Assembly: GCA_943840765.1 (NCBI GenBank)
Contig: CALSVD010000001.1
Coordinates: 13,075-77,074, forward strand
Origin: an uncultured Flavobacteriaceae bacterium
GTDB lineage: Bacteria; Bacteroidota; Bacteroidia; Flavobacteriales; Flavobacteriaceae
Direction of reading: 5' to 3'
DNA length: 64,000 nucleotides
Under the pieces are notes generated by a model. It saw only the letters and a program-made list of their open reading frames with translations, was not told the DNA's origin and did no database searches. Below are positions 29,444 to 38,534 of the stretch, in pieces; position 1 is the first letter of the stretch; each line of letters starts with the position of its first letter. Position numbers and translations under genes: made by a program.

Positions 29444-30083
29444 TTAAGAATTAATCATTTGTTTATATAATATAATAAATTCATGAACCATAATAGCTGT
29501 AGCTCCCCATAAGACATGATCATTTATAAGATAACTTGGAACTTTTTGAATTGTCTTATTTACCGTTACAATAGATTCTGTAATTTTCATTTCAAGCAAT
29601 GAAGCTAGGGTTGGTTCTAGAATCATAGAAACCTCTTTTTTATCAATTGAAAAATTTGGTTTATTGTCACAAAAACCTATATAAGGATAAACATTAAAAT
29701 TACTTGGAGGAATATAAACACTTGAAAGAGATCCAACATAATTAATTTGTTTTTTTGATACTCCAATTTCCTCCTCAGTTTCTCTTAGTGCTGTATCTAA
29801 AAGAGTTTTATCTTGATTTTCAACCTTACCGCCTGGAAAACTAATTTGATTTGAATGAACTCCATTATAAATATTTCTTAATATCATAACTAGCCTTGTC
29901 TGACTATTTTTATCAGGATAAAATAATAGTAAAACAGAGGCTGTCTTTGAGTTATCTAGGAATTTTATTAGTTTTAAGATGTTTAACTCTTGCAGGTGGA
30001 GCAATTTTTAGCAAATGTTCATGACCAGGAAGATCGTAATCTTTTAATTTTAAAATTATATTTTTAAAATCTTTAAAATGCAT
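29444..30083 (-). pseudogene. Nudix hydrolase (CoA pyrophosphatase-like); N-terminal ~25 codons in a different frame
   Basis: Nudix box GGKVENQDKTLLDTALRETEEEIGV in ORF 29444..30004. A family-like N-terminus MHFKDFKNIILKLKDYDLPGHEHLLKIAPPARV... starts at 30083 in another frame. Alternatively the gene simply starts at 30004. Confidence 0.55.
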
Positions 30084-30758
30084 TTTTACAAAACACTATT
30101 TATTTGTCTTCTGATTATATCATGTAAAGATATAAGTAAAAAAGAAAAGGTAACACTAGAGCCAAAAAAAAAAATAATTAAAAAAGTCGAGAAGAAAACT
30201 AAAAAAGATTTTGTTTTGGATGATAAAAATGCAATTCCATTTTTATTTGAATATGGAAATAAAAACAAAGAAAATAAAGTAAGAATTAGTACTAGTTATG
30301 GAGATATTGATGTTGAATTATTTAAAAATACACCATATCATAGGGCAAACTTTATCTATCTAATAAAGAAAAAATATTTTCAAGGAGAGTATTTTCATAG
30401 AGTTGTAAAAGATTTTATAATTCAAGGTGGAAACTCTGATAATATTAGTACCTCGAAAAAAAGAAGAAAAATTGGTCGATACCTATTACCTCCTGACACA
30501 AAAAAAGGTTATAAACATCACCGGGGTATTATTTCAATGCCAAGTAGTGAAATTGAAAATCCATATAAACTTGCATCTCCTTTTGAATTTTTTATAGTTA
30601 AAAAAATTGACGGAGCATACCATTTAGATAATAATTACACTGCATTTGGAAGAGTTATTAAAGGAATGGAAGTAGTTGATAAAATTTCTGATTTAGAAAC
30701 TGATAAAAGAGAATGGCCTCTTGATAATGTTAGGTTTAGTATTAAAATTATTGAATAG
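30078..30758 (+). CDS. cyclophilin-type peptidyl-prolyl cis-trans isomerase (lipoprotein)
   Basis: 226 aa with lipobox LIISC. YFHRVVKDFIIQGG and FGRVIKGMEVVDKI motifs. Confidence 0.85.
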   Translation: MHFYKTLFICLLIISCKDISKKEKVTLEPKKKIIKKVEKKTKKDFVLDDKNAIPFLFEYGNKNKENKVRISTSYGDIDVELFKNTPYHRANFIYLIKKKYFQGEYFHRVVKDFIIQGGNSDNISTSKKRRKIGRYLLPPDTKKGYKHHRGIISMPSSEIENPYKLASPFEFFIVKKIDGAYHLDNNYTAFGRVIKGMEVVDKISDLETDKREWPLDNVRFSIKIIE

Positions 30759-30760
30759 GA

Positions 30761-30793
30761 TTTTCTTATAAAATATTTAATTTTATAAGAAAA
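30761..30793. promoter_or_regulatory. perfect 14-bp inverted repeat (TTTTCTTATAAAAT-N5-ATTTTATAAGAAAA) 7 nt upstream of the LysR start
   Basis: Arms at 30761..30774 and 30780..30793. This is either the PPIase terminator hairpin (no T-run follows) or a LysR-type autoregulatory dyad. Confidence 0.45.
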
Positions 30794-30799
30794 TATTAT

Positions 30800-31720
30800 A
30801 TGACAATAACTCAACTAACTTATGTTCTTGCTTTAAATAAACACAAAAACTTTACTAAAGCTGCGAAAGCATGTATGGTTTCACAACCTTCATTGAGTAT
30901 GCAAATTCAAAAACTTGAAGAAGAGCTAGAAATTTCATTGTTTGATAGATCTAAAAAACCTATTAAAACAACAGAGATTGGAAAAAAATTAATAAATCAA
31001 TTTAAAGTTATAATTAGTGAATCAGAAAAAGTTAATGATATAATTGAATATGAAAAAAAGAAAACTTTTAGAAAAATTAACTTTGGAATTTCATCTTCCT
31101 TTGAATCTTCTTTACTGCCCCTTTTTTTAAAACCCTTAAAATCTAAGTTTGAAAAAATCAACATCGATTATTTCCAAAGCAAAAATGAAGAAATATTAAA
31201 ACTCTTAGAGGGAAATGAGGTTGATTTTATTATTACAAATTCTCTGATAAATGATACCGACTTGGATGTGATGGTTCTATATTATGAACCATTAATGATT
31301 TTAATTCCTGATAATTTAAAATCAAATAAAACTGATATAATTGAACTTAAAAATATTAATACTGATAAAGTTATTGTTCCTAATAACAGTGATCTTAGAA
31401 AAACAATTAATAAATTATTTGATTTTAAAAAATTTAATTCAAAAATTAGAAGTAATAGCCTATTAAGCCTTTTTAATTTATCCTATTCTGGGTTAGGTAT
31501 GACTATAGTTCCTTTTCTAAATTATAGAAGTTTAAATAAAGAAAAAAGAAATAAAGTTTATCATTTTAAAAAACCTTATCCATCAAGAGAAATTAGTATT
31601 GTTTACAAAAAGAATAATCTAAAAAAACACTTAATAATTGAAATGAGTGAACTAATCAAAAGTAAATTGAAAAGTATTGAAACATTTTCAGATGTTAAAA
31701 TAATAGATACAATAAACTAA
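30800..31720 (+). CDS. LysR-family transcriptional regulator
   Basis: 306 aa. N-terminal wHTH FTKAAKACMVSQPSLSMQIQKLEEELEISLFDR. Confidence 0.85.
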   Translation: MTITQLTYVLALNKHKNFTKAAKACMVSQPSLSMQIQKLEEELEISLFDRSKKPIKTTEIGKKLINQFKVIISESEKVNDIIEYEKKKTFRKINFGISSSFESSLLPLFLKPLKSKFEKINIDYFQSKNEEILKLLEGNEVDFIITNSLINDTDLDVMVLYYEPLMILIPDNLKSNKTDIIELKNINTDKVIVPNNSDLRKTINKLFDFKKFNSKIRSNSLLSLFNLSYSGLGMTIVPFLNYRSLNKEKRNKVYHFKKPYPSREISIVYKKNNLKKHLIIEMSELIKSKLKSIETFSDVKIIDTIN

Positions 31721-31902
31721 ACTATTGCATTGTATAAATGAGGATTTTGAAAAGTATAATTTTTAACCCAAATCATTAATTCACTGTATTCATGAGGTAA
31801 AAGTCTTTTTGAAGCCTTTACAAGTTCTTTTTTAAAAAGTTTTGGATTAAAACTTACTTTCTTTAAAATTTCCACTGTATAGTTATAAACAGATCTTGAC
31901 AT
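31717..31902 (-). CDS. hypothetical 61-aa protein
   Basis: ORF only. Its stop overlaps the LysR stop (CTAA). Confidence 0.35.
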   Translation of the reverse strand: MSRSVYNYTVEILKKVSFNPKLFKKELVKASKRLLPHEYSELMIWVKNYTFQNPHLYNAIV

Positions 31903-31967
31903 AAGTTAATTGTTTCTTACAATATAACTAATAGTGTTATAAAAAAATGCAAATAAAATGTTAATAC

Positions 31968-32432
31968 TTATTTTTTTGATCTAAGCTTAATGCTCCATTT
32001 GAAAGAAAAATCAGAAACGACATCTCCATTTTCATCAATTCCCTTTGTATTTATCGTAATAATCTGAGCATCTTTAGTTATAACAGCATCATTTACTAAT
32101 TTATCCAAATCATCACCATTTTCATATGTGAATAAAATTTTTCCAACGGCTTTTTTAGTAAAACTACTAGACGAACCAATTAAGAGCATGGCTATACTAT
32201 GACCACTTCTTTTAATTTTTTCTTGTAATAAAAGGCCTCCTGGCATTTCAGCAGCCATTCCTTGTACTGCCCAAAATAGAGAATTGAAAGGATTTTTATT
32301 TAAAAAACCATGTTTAACTCGAACAGAGCAACTATTAGTATGAAGACTATCTACTCTAACCCCACAAAGCCATGCAGAAGGAAGCCAAAAAAAAGACATT
32401 TGATTTCTTAAAAAAAGTCTGGATTTGTTCAT
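31968..32432 (-). CDS. DUF4442/hot-dog-fold (thioesterase-like) protein
   Basis: 154 aa. Family recognised from memory (weak). Confidence 0.5.
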   Translation of the reverse strand: MNKSRLFLRNQMSFFWLPSAWLCGVRVDSLHTNSCSVRVKHGFLNKNPFNSLFWAVQGMAAEMPGGLLLQEKIKRSGHSIAMLLIGSSSSFTKKAVGKILFTYENGDDLDKLVNDAVITKDAQIITINTKGIDENGDVVSDFSFKWSIKLRSKK

Positions 32433-32464
32433 TATAATTTTAGTATGAATATACTAATAATTAT

Positions 32465-33406
32465 TTATTCAATAGATGCTAAATATCTTTCAGCATCAAG
32501 AGCAGCCATACACCCTGTTCCTGCTGCTGTTACTGCTTGACGATAATCTTTATCTTGAACATCTCCAGAGGCAAAAACACCTGGTTTATTAGTATGAGTT
32601 GATTTTCCTTTTGTTATAACATAACCTGAATCATCCATGTCTAATTGATCTTTAAAAATGTCAGTATTAGGTTTGTGACCAATAGCTATAAACAATCCAG
32701 TAACTTCAACATTATTTATTTCATTAGTTTGATTATTAATAATACTAACTCCTTCAACAACATCATTACCTAAAACTTCTTTAATTTCTGAGTGGTACCA
32801 AACATCAATATTTTTTTTTGAATTTACTCTATGTTGCATTGCTTTTGAAGCTCTCATCTCTCCTTTTCTAACAATCATTGTTACATTTGAACAAATATTC
32901 GCTAAATAGGTTGCTTCTTCAGCAGCAGTATCTCCACCTCCAACTATAGCTACCGGTTGACCTTTATAAAAAAACCCATCACATACTGCACAAGCAGAAA
33001 CCCCACCTCCTCTTAATCTTTGTTCAGAGGGTAAACCTAAATATTTAGCCGTGGCTCCTGTTGAAATAATTACACTTTCAGCCTCAATCTCTTTATTGTT
33101 ATCAACTTTTACTTTGTGAATACCGCCTACTTTGTCACTAAAATCTACTGACGTAACCATACCAATTCTTACTTCAGTTCCAAATCTTTCAGCTTGTTTT
33201 TGTAATTCAACCATCATAGTTGGACCATCTACTCCATCGGGGTATCCAGGAAAATTATCAACTTCTGTTGTTGTGGTTAATTGACCTCCAGGTTCCATTC
33301 CAGTATATAAAACTGGCTTTAAATCAGCTCTTGAGGCATATATTGCAGCGGTATAACCTGCTGGTCCAGAACCTATTATTAAAGTTTTAATTTTTTCAAT
33401 AGACAT
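32465..33406 (-). CDS. trxB: thioredoxin-disulfide reductase
   Basis: 313 aa. GSGPAGYTAAIYA, redox-active CAVCDG, GGGDTAAEEA. Confidence 0.95.
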   Translation of the reverse strand: MSIEKIKTLIIGSGPAGYTAAIYASRADLKPVLYTGMEPGGQLTTTTEVDNFPGYPDGVDGPTMMVELQKQAERFGTEVRIGMVTSVDFSDKVGGIHKVKVDNNKEIEAESVIISTGATAKYLGLPSEQRLRGGGVSACAVCDGFFYKGQPVAIVGGGDTAAEEATYLANICSNVTMIVRKGEMRASKAMQHRVNSKKNIDVWYHSEIKEVLGNDVVEGVSIINNQTNEINNVEVTGLFIAIGHKPNTDIFKDQLDMDDSGYVITKGKSTHTNKPGVFASGDVQDKDYRQAVTAAGTGCMAALDAERYLASIE

Positions 33407-33551
33407 ATAAATATTTTAAAATATAAATTTATAATTTTTAGGGATTTACTTCTCATAAAAATTTAAAAAGTTATCATCAAAAATTAATGTTTAATATTAT
33501 TAAGTATTATTTGATGATTTTTGAAATAATCCTATATTTGCTGCCGAATTT

Positions 33552-33626
33552 CGGGGTGTAGCGTAGCCCGGTTATCGCGCCGCGTTTGGGACGCGGAGGT
33601 CGCAGGTTCGAATCCTGCCACCCCGA
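33552..33626 (+). tRNA. tRNA-Pro (anticodon TGG)
   Basis: Acceptor CGGGGTG/CACCCCG, anticodon arm CCGCG-TTTGGGA-CGCGG, T arm GCAGG-TTCGAAT-CCTGC. TATATTTG box at 33533..33540. Confidence 0.95.
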
Positions 33627-33630
33627 CTAA

Positions 33631-33665
33631 AACCCTTATAAATCATTAATTTATAAGGGTTTTTA
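33631..33665 (+). terminator. intrinsic terminator after tRNA-Pro(TGG)
   Basis: 11-bp stem CCCTTATAAAT/ATTTATAAGGG followed by a T-run. Confidence 0.75.
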
Positions 33666-33718
33666 TCATTAAGAAAATCAATAGTTATTATTTGTAAATA
33701 ACTCTATATTTATAAAAT

Positions 33719-33793
33719 CGGGATGTGGCGCAGCTCGGTTAGCGCACACGGCTGGGGGCCGTGGGGTCGCAGGTTCAAATCCTGTCATCCCGA
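33719..33793 (+). tRNA. tRNA-Pro (anticodon GGG)
   Basis: Acceptor CGGGATG/CATCCCG, anticodon arm CACGG-CTGGGGG-CCGTG, T arm GCAGG-TTCAAAT-CCTGT. Confidence 0.92.
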
Positions 33794-33832
33794 CATTTTC
33801 TTTATATTAGGAGGTAATTAAATTTAATAAAA

Positions 33833-34978
33833 ATGAAAAACATATTATCATCAAGTCTATTTCTAACTTTAATGCTTATTAACTATTCTTGTGCTCAAGA
33901 CCTAAAACCTCTTGATGAAGAACCTGATAATCGATTTAACGAATAAATTATGAAATGGAACTTGTGTTTGAAGATGAAAATATTATTTGGGGAATTGAGT
34001 TTTTAAGTGATAACTCAATTTTAGCCTCAATAAAATCTGGATCTTTAATACATTTTAAAGAAGGAAAAAAAACACAAATCAATGGACTTCCAGAAATATA
34101 TTTTAGAGGCCAAGGTGGATTGTTAGATATTGCTCTTCATCCAGATTTTGATCAAAACAGATGGCTATATCTATCATATTCATACGAAGAAAATAAAGGT
34201 GATGGTGGTAATACAACAATTGCAAGAGCTAAATTAATTGACGATTCATTAGAAGATCTTGAAATTCTTTATAGGGGTTCACCAAATTCAAGAAAGGGGC
34301 AACATTTTGGAGGAAGAATGGTATTTGATAATGATGATTTCCTTTATTTCTCTATTGGTGACAGAGGAAATAGAAATGTTAATCCACAAGATTTATCAAT
34401 TGATGGTGGAAAAATATATAGAATTAAAGATGATGGTAGTATTCCCAATGATAATCCTTTTTATAATACTCCAATGGCTAAAAAAGCTATTTATTCTTAT
34501 GGACATCGTAATCCTCAAGGAATATTTAAACATCCCAGAAACTGGAAAAATATGGACAAATGAACATGGCCCAAGAGGAGGAGACGAAATTAATATCATA
34601 GAAAAAGGTAAAAATTATGGTTGGCCTAAAATCACATATGGAATCAACTACAGTGGGACAACAATAACTAAAAACAAAAGTCTTCCTAATATGGAACAGC
34701 CTCTTTATTATTGGTTACCATCCATAGCACCAAGTTCATTTGAATATATCTCAAGTGATATTTATCCAGAATGGAAGGGTAGTCTTTTGGCAGGTGCTTT
34801 AGTATTCAAATACGTTGAAAGAATTGGTCTTAAAAATAACAAAGTAATATCTAGGTCAAAAATTGCTGAAGGTCTTGGTAGACCAAGAGACGTTGTACAA
34901 GCACCTGATGGTTATATTTATGTTTCGATTGAAAATAAAGGAGTTTACAAAATTGTTCCAAAAAATGAAACTAATTAA
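33833..34978 (+). pseudogene. PQQ-dependent soluble sugar (aldose/sorbosone) dehydrogenase, two frame breaks
   Basis: The signal-peptide piece 33833..33946 ends at TAA. The beta-propeller body is split between ORF 33955..34563 and ORF 34259..34978 (YGHRNPQG, then HPETGKIWTNEHGPRGGDE). The second break is at the C3 run near 34535. Confidence 0.75.
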
Positions 34979-35361
34979 ACTAATTCTATTATTATTTCCA
35001 GGTTTTCTGCTATCACAAAACATTGAATTATCAGAATCAATAAAAAGAGGAAAACTACTTTACCAAGATTTTTGTGTAAGGTGTCATTTGCCAGATGGAA
35101 AAGGTTTAAAAGGAATATTCCCTCCCCTAGCTAAGTCAGATTACCTTTTTAAAAATATGGAAGAAAGTATAAAAGCGTTAAAATTTGGAGGAATAGATGG
35201 TGAAATAATCGTTAATGGCGTAAAGTATGACTCTTACATGGCTAAAGATAGGGCTATATGATGATGAAATAGCTGATGTTATGAACTATACTCTAAACAG
35301 CTGGGGAAACAAATACTCTAAGATGATAAAAGAAGAATATGTTAAAAGTTTAAAAAAATAA
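34965..35361 (+). pseudogene. mono-haem c-type cytochrome, one frameshift
   Basis: Signal peptide plus CVRCH haem motif from ATG 34965. The tail GLYDDEIADVMNYTLNSWGNKYSKMIKEEYVKSLKK* is in another frame. The break is near 35248. Confidence 0.65.
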
Positions 35362-35362
35362 A

Positions 35363-35958
35363 ATGTTACTAATTGGAATTGGAGGAGGAACATCCTCTGG
35401 AAAGAGTACAATTGCAAAAAAATTAGTAGAAAGTTTTGATAAAACAGGTGTTGTAAGATGCTTTCAGATTCTTACTATAAAGATCACTCTAATTTAAATT
35501 TTCGTGATCGTTCAAAAATTAATTTTGATCATCCTAACGCGATTGATTTTGATCTTCTAATTAAAAACTTAAAAGATTTAAAAAAAAACATCAAAATAAA
35601 AGAGCCAGTATATTCATACAAAACTCACAAAAGATTAAAAAGAACTAAAACAGTAGTTCCAAAAAAAATAATAATTTTAGAGGGTTTACATATTTTTTGT
35701 AATAAAAAATTGGTTAATCTGATTGATTATGGATTTTTTTTAGATTTAGATTCAAAAACTAGGCTTCAAAGAAGAATTAATAGAGATGTAAAAGAAAGAG
35801 GGAGATCAATAAGTGAAATTAAAAAACGATATATTGAAATGTGCGAACCAATGTATAAAAAGTTTATATTTCCCTCAAGATTAAATGCAAATAAAGTTTT
35901 AGATATGAAAAAGGTAAATTATGATTATATCAAAGAAATTATAAATGAATTTATTTAG
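35363..35958 (+). pseudogene. udk: uridine kinase, one frameshift
   Basis: P-loop MLLIGIGGGTSSGKSTIAKKL from ATG 35363. The rest (SDSYYKDHS...FDHPNAIDF) is ORF 35458..35958 in another frame. The break is near 35455. Confidence 0.75.
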
Positions 35959-36280
35959 ATCTTTATTTAAAAAAATACAATCCAACAAGTATTTTAAAAT
36001 TTTCACAAACTTCTACATAATAATTAGTTTATTTTTTATTATTTGGATGTTATTTATAGATACTAATTCATACATTTTTCATCTTAGTTTAAATTCTGAA
36101 ATTGATCAACTGATTCAAAAAAGAGAAGACTTAAAAAAAGAAATTGAAAAGGATCAAAAATTCATTAATGACTTAAAAGATCATGACAACTATGAAGCCT
36201 TCGCTAGAGAAAAATTTTTTATGAAAAAAGAGGGTGAAGAAATTTATATTTTAGAATACAAAGACAGTATTAAAAACTAG
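35945..36280 (+). CDS. FtsB/DivIC-like septum formation initiator
   Basis: 111 aa. One TM helix followed by a coiled coil, with C-terminal FAREKFFMKKEGEEIY typical of the family. Confidence 0.6.
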   Translation: MNLFRSLFKKIQSNKYFKIFTNFYIIISLFFIIWMLFIDTNSYIFHLSLNSEIDQLIQKREDLKKEIEKDQKFINDLKDHDNYEAFAREKFFMKKEGEEIYILEYKDSIKN

Positions 36281-36349
36281 TTAACAAAAACCCACACTAC
36301 TTCTGTTTTTAGATTTCAAAAAATTGTATTTTTAAATAAATGTAATTCT

Positions 36350-37114
36350 ATGAGTAAAATTATTGCAGTATCAAATCAAAAAGGAGGTGTTGGCAAAACC
36401 ACAACTGCACTAAATTTATCGGCATGTTTAGGGATTTTAGAAAAAAAGGTTCTTTTAATTGATCTTGATCCACAAGCAAATGCAACATCCGGAATTGGAT
36501 TAGAAAAAAAAGATTTTAAACTATCCTCATACCAACTTCTTGAGCATACAGCAGAAGCAAAAAAAATAATAATAGATACATCCACTCCAAATTTAGATTT
36601 AATACCATCAAACATAGATTTAGTAGCAATTGAAATTGAATTAGTAAATCACACTAATAGAGAATTTATGCTTAAAGAAGCTCTTGAACCTATTAGAAAT
36701 GATTATGACTTTATAATTATTGACTGTGCTCCATCTCTTGGATTAATTACATTAAATGCCTTAACAGCTGCGGAATCCGTAATTATTCCTATTCAATGTG
36801 AGTATTTTGCATTAGAAGGGCTAGGAAAATTACTTAACACTATTAAAAGTATTCAAAAAATTCATAATCCTGACTTAAACATTGAGGGACTTTTATTAAC
36901 AATGTATGATTCTAGACTAAGGCTTTCAAATCAAGTTGTGGAAGAAGTAAGAAAACATTTTCATAACATGGTTTTTAAAACAATTATTCAAAGAAATGTA
37001 ACATTAGGTGAAGCTCCTAGTCATGGAAAAAATATAATTGATTACGATTCTACAAGCAGGGGAGCTAAAAATTACATAAAATTAGCACACGAACTAATAA
37101 ATAAAAATAACTAA
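36350..37114 (+). CDS. parA: chromosome partitioning ATPase ParA/Soj
   Basis: Deviant Walker A KGGVGKTTTALNL, plus DCAPSLG. Confidence 0.9.
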   Translation: MSKIIAVSNQKGGVGKTTTALNLSACLGILEKKVLLIDLDPQANATSGIGLEKKDFKLSSYQLLEHTAEAKKIIIDTSTPNLDLIPSNIDLVAIEIELVNHTNREFMLKEALEPIRNDYDFIIIDCAPSLGLITLNALTAAESVIIPIQCEYFALEGLGKLLNTIKSIQKIHNPDLNIEGLLLTMYDSRLRLSNQVVEEVRKHFHNMVFKTIIQRNVTLGEAPSHGKNIIDYDSTSRGAKNYIKLAHELINKNN

Positions 37115-38002
37115 ATGGCTAAAGCTTATAAAAAACAATCTTTAGGAAGAGGGCTCTCAGCAATTTTAGAGGATCCTAATAACGATATTAACTCTGCTCA
37201 AGATTCGAATGCAGACAAACTCATTGGAAATATTATTGATCTTCCTATTGATCAAATACAAAAGAATCCTTTTCAACCAAGAACAAATTTTGAAGGTGAA
37301 AAAATTGAAGAATTAGCTAAATCAATTAGAGAACTTGGAATTATTCAACCAATAACTGTTAGAAAAACAGGTTTTAAATCTTATCAAATTATATCCGGTG
37401 AAAGAAGATTTAGAGCTGTATTGTCATTAGAAATAAAATCAATTCCAGCATACGTGAGAATAGCTAACGATCAACAATCTTTAGAGATGGCGTTGGTTGA
37501 AAATATCCAAAGGGAAAATTTAGATCCTATAGAAATTGCCTTGTGCTATCAAAGACTTATTGATGAGGTTATGCTCACTCAAGATCAAATGAGTAAAAGA
37601 GTTGGAAAAAAAAGATCAACAATTTCAAATTATTTAAGGTTATTAAAATTGGATCCCATAGTTCAAACTGGACTTAGAGATGGATTTATTTCAATGGGTC
37701 ATGGTAGAGCTCTTGTTGCATTGGATAATAAAGATGAGCAGTTAAAAATTTATAAGAAAATTTTATCAGACTCTTTATCAGTTAGAAAAACTGAAAATAT
37801 AATTTCAAAACCAAAAGAAAGTATTTCAGTAAAGAAAAAACAACTGACAGCTGCATTCAAAAATGACATTATAAAGGTTACAAAAAAATTAAATCTTGAA
37901 GTTAAAATATCGTTAAAATCCAAGTTTAAAGGTTCTGTTTCGATTTCATTTGATGATATTGATAATTACAAAAAAATAATTAAGATACTTTCCGGTGAAT
38001 AA
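37115..38002 (+). CDS. parB: chromosome partitioning protein ParB/Spo0J
   Basis: ParB box GERRFRA and an HTH region. Immediately follows parA. Confidence 0.9.
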   Translation: MAKAYKKQSLGRGLSAILEDPNNDINSAQDSNADKLIGNIIDLPIDQIQKNPFQPRTNFEGEKIEELAKSIRELGIIQPITVRKTGFKSYQIISGERRFRAVLSLEIKSIPAYVRIANDQQSLEMALVENIQRENLDPIEIALCYQRLIDEVMLTQDQMSKRVGKKRSTISNYLRLLKLDPIVQTGLRDGFISMGHGRALVALDNKDEQLKIYKKILSDSLSVRKTENIISKPKESISVKKKQLTAAFKNDIIKVTKKLNLEVKISLKSKFKGSVSISFDDIDNYKKIIKILSGE

Positions 38003-38534
38003 TAAATTTATCTTATCATTAATAATCCTCTTGATTTCATCTACAACTTATTCTCAAGAAAACGAAGAAATTAAGTTTGATGAATTGGATCCGACTGCTC
38101 CATCTAAAGCTGCATTTTACTCTGCTATTTTACCTGGACTGGGGCAAGGATTTAATAAAAAATATTGGAAAATTCCAATTGTATATGCTGCCATAGGAAC
38201 ATCAATATATTCTTATGATTTTAATCATAAAAAGTATTGGGATTATAGGAATGCCTATAAAAGCAGAAAAGCTGGTTATAAAAATGATCCTTATCAAAAT
38301 TTAATTCTTGACGATGATAGACTTTTAGATGGAGCTGATTTTCATAAAAAAAACAGAGACTTATCAATGGTCTTTATAGTTGGTTTTTACATTTTGAATA
38401 TCCTGGATGCCAATATTGATGCTCATTTGAAACAGTACAATGTAAATGAATCATTATCTCTAAAACCTTATATTGAAAATGGAACTAATTCTAACTACGA
38501 ATCAATTGGAATATCATTAAATTTGAATTTTTAA
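37995..38534 (+). CDS. DUF5683-like protein
   Basis: 179 aa with a signal peptide and SAILPGLGQ motif. Conserved parB-dapB neighbour in Flavobacteriia (from memory). Confidence 0.5.
   Translation: MNNKFILSLIILLISSTTYSQENEEIKFDELDPTAPSKAAFYSAILPGLGQGFNKKYWKIPIVYAAIGTSIYSYDFNHKKYWDYRNAYKSRKAGYKNDPYQNLILDDDRLLDGADFHKKNRDLSMVFIVGFYILNILDANIDAHLKQYNVNESLSLKPYIENGTNSNYESIGISLNLNF

Noticed and set aside
30800-31720. OxyR identity for the LysR regulator (and 'OxyR without redox cysteines')
   Set aside because: The N-terminal HTH resembles OxyR-like LTTRs, and the protein has only one Cys (in the HTH). Without a phylogeny or a kat/ahp/dps neighbourhood I cannot establish orthology, so I call it only LysR-family.
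33811-33818. SD-like TAGGAGGT upstream of the PQQ dehydrogenase
   Set aside because: It ends about 14 nt from the ATG (33833), longer than a typical SD spacing. Other genes in the window lack SD sequences. It is likely coincidental.
36350-38002. Possible replication origin or parS cluster near parAB
   Set aside because: I found no TGTTTCACGTGAAACA-like parS site here; the only CACGTG-centred partial match is inside glpK at ~3894. There is also no cluster of TTATCCACA-like DnaA boxes. parAB-dapB-lepB is ordinary Flavobacteriia synteny.
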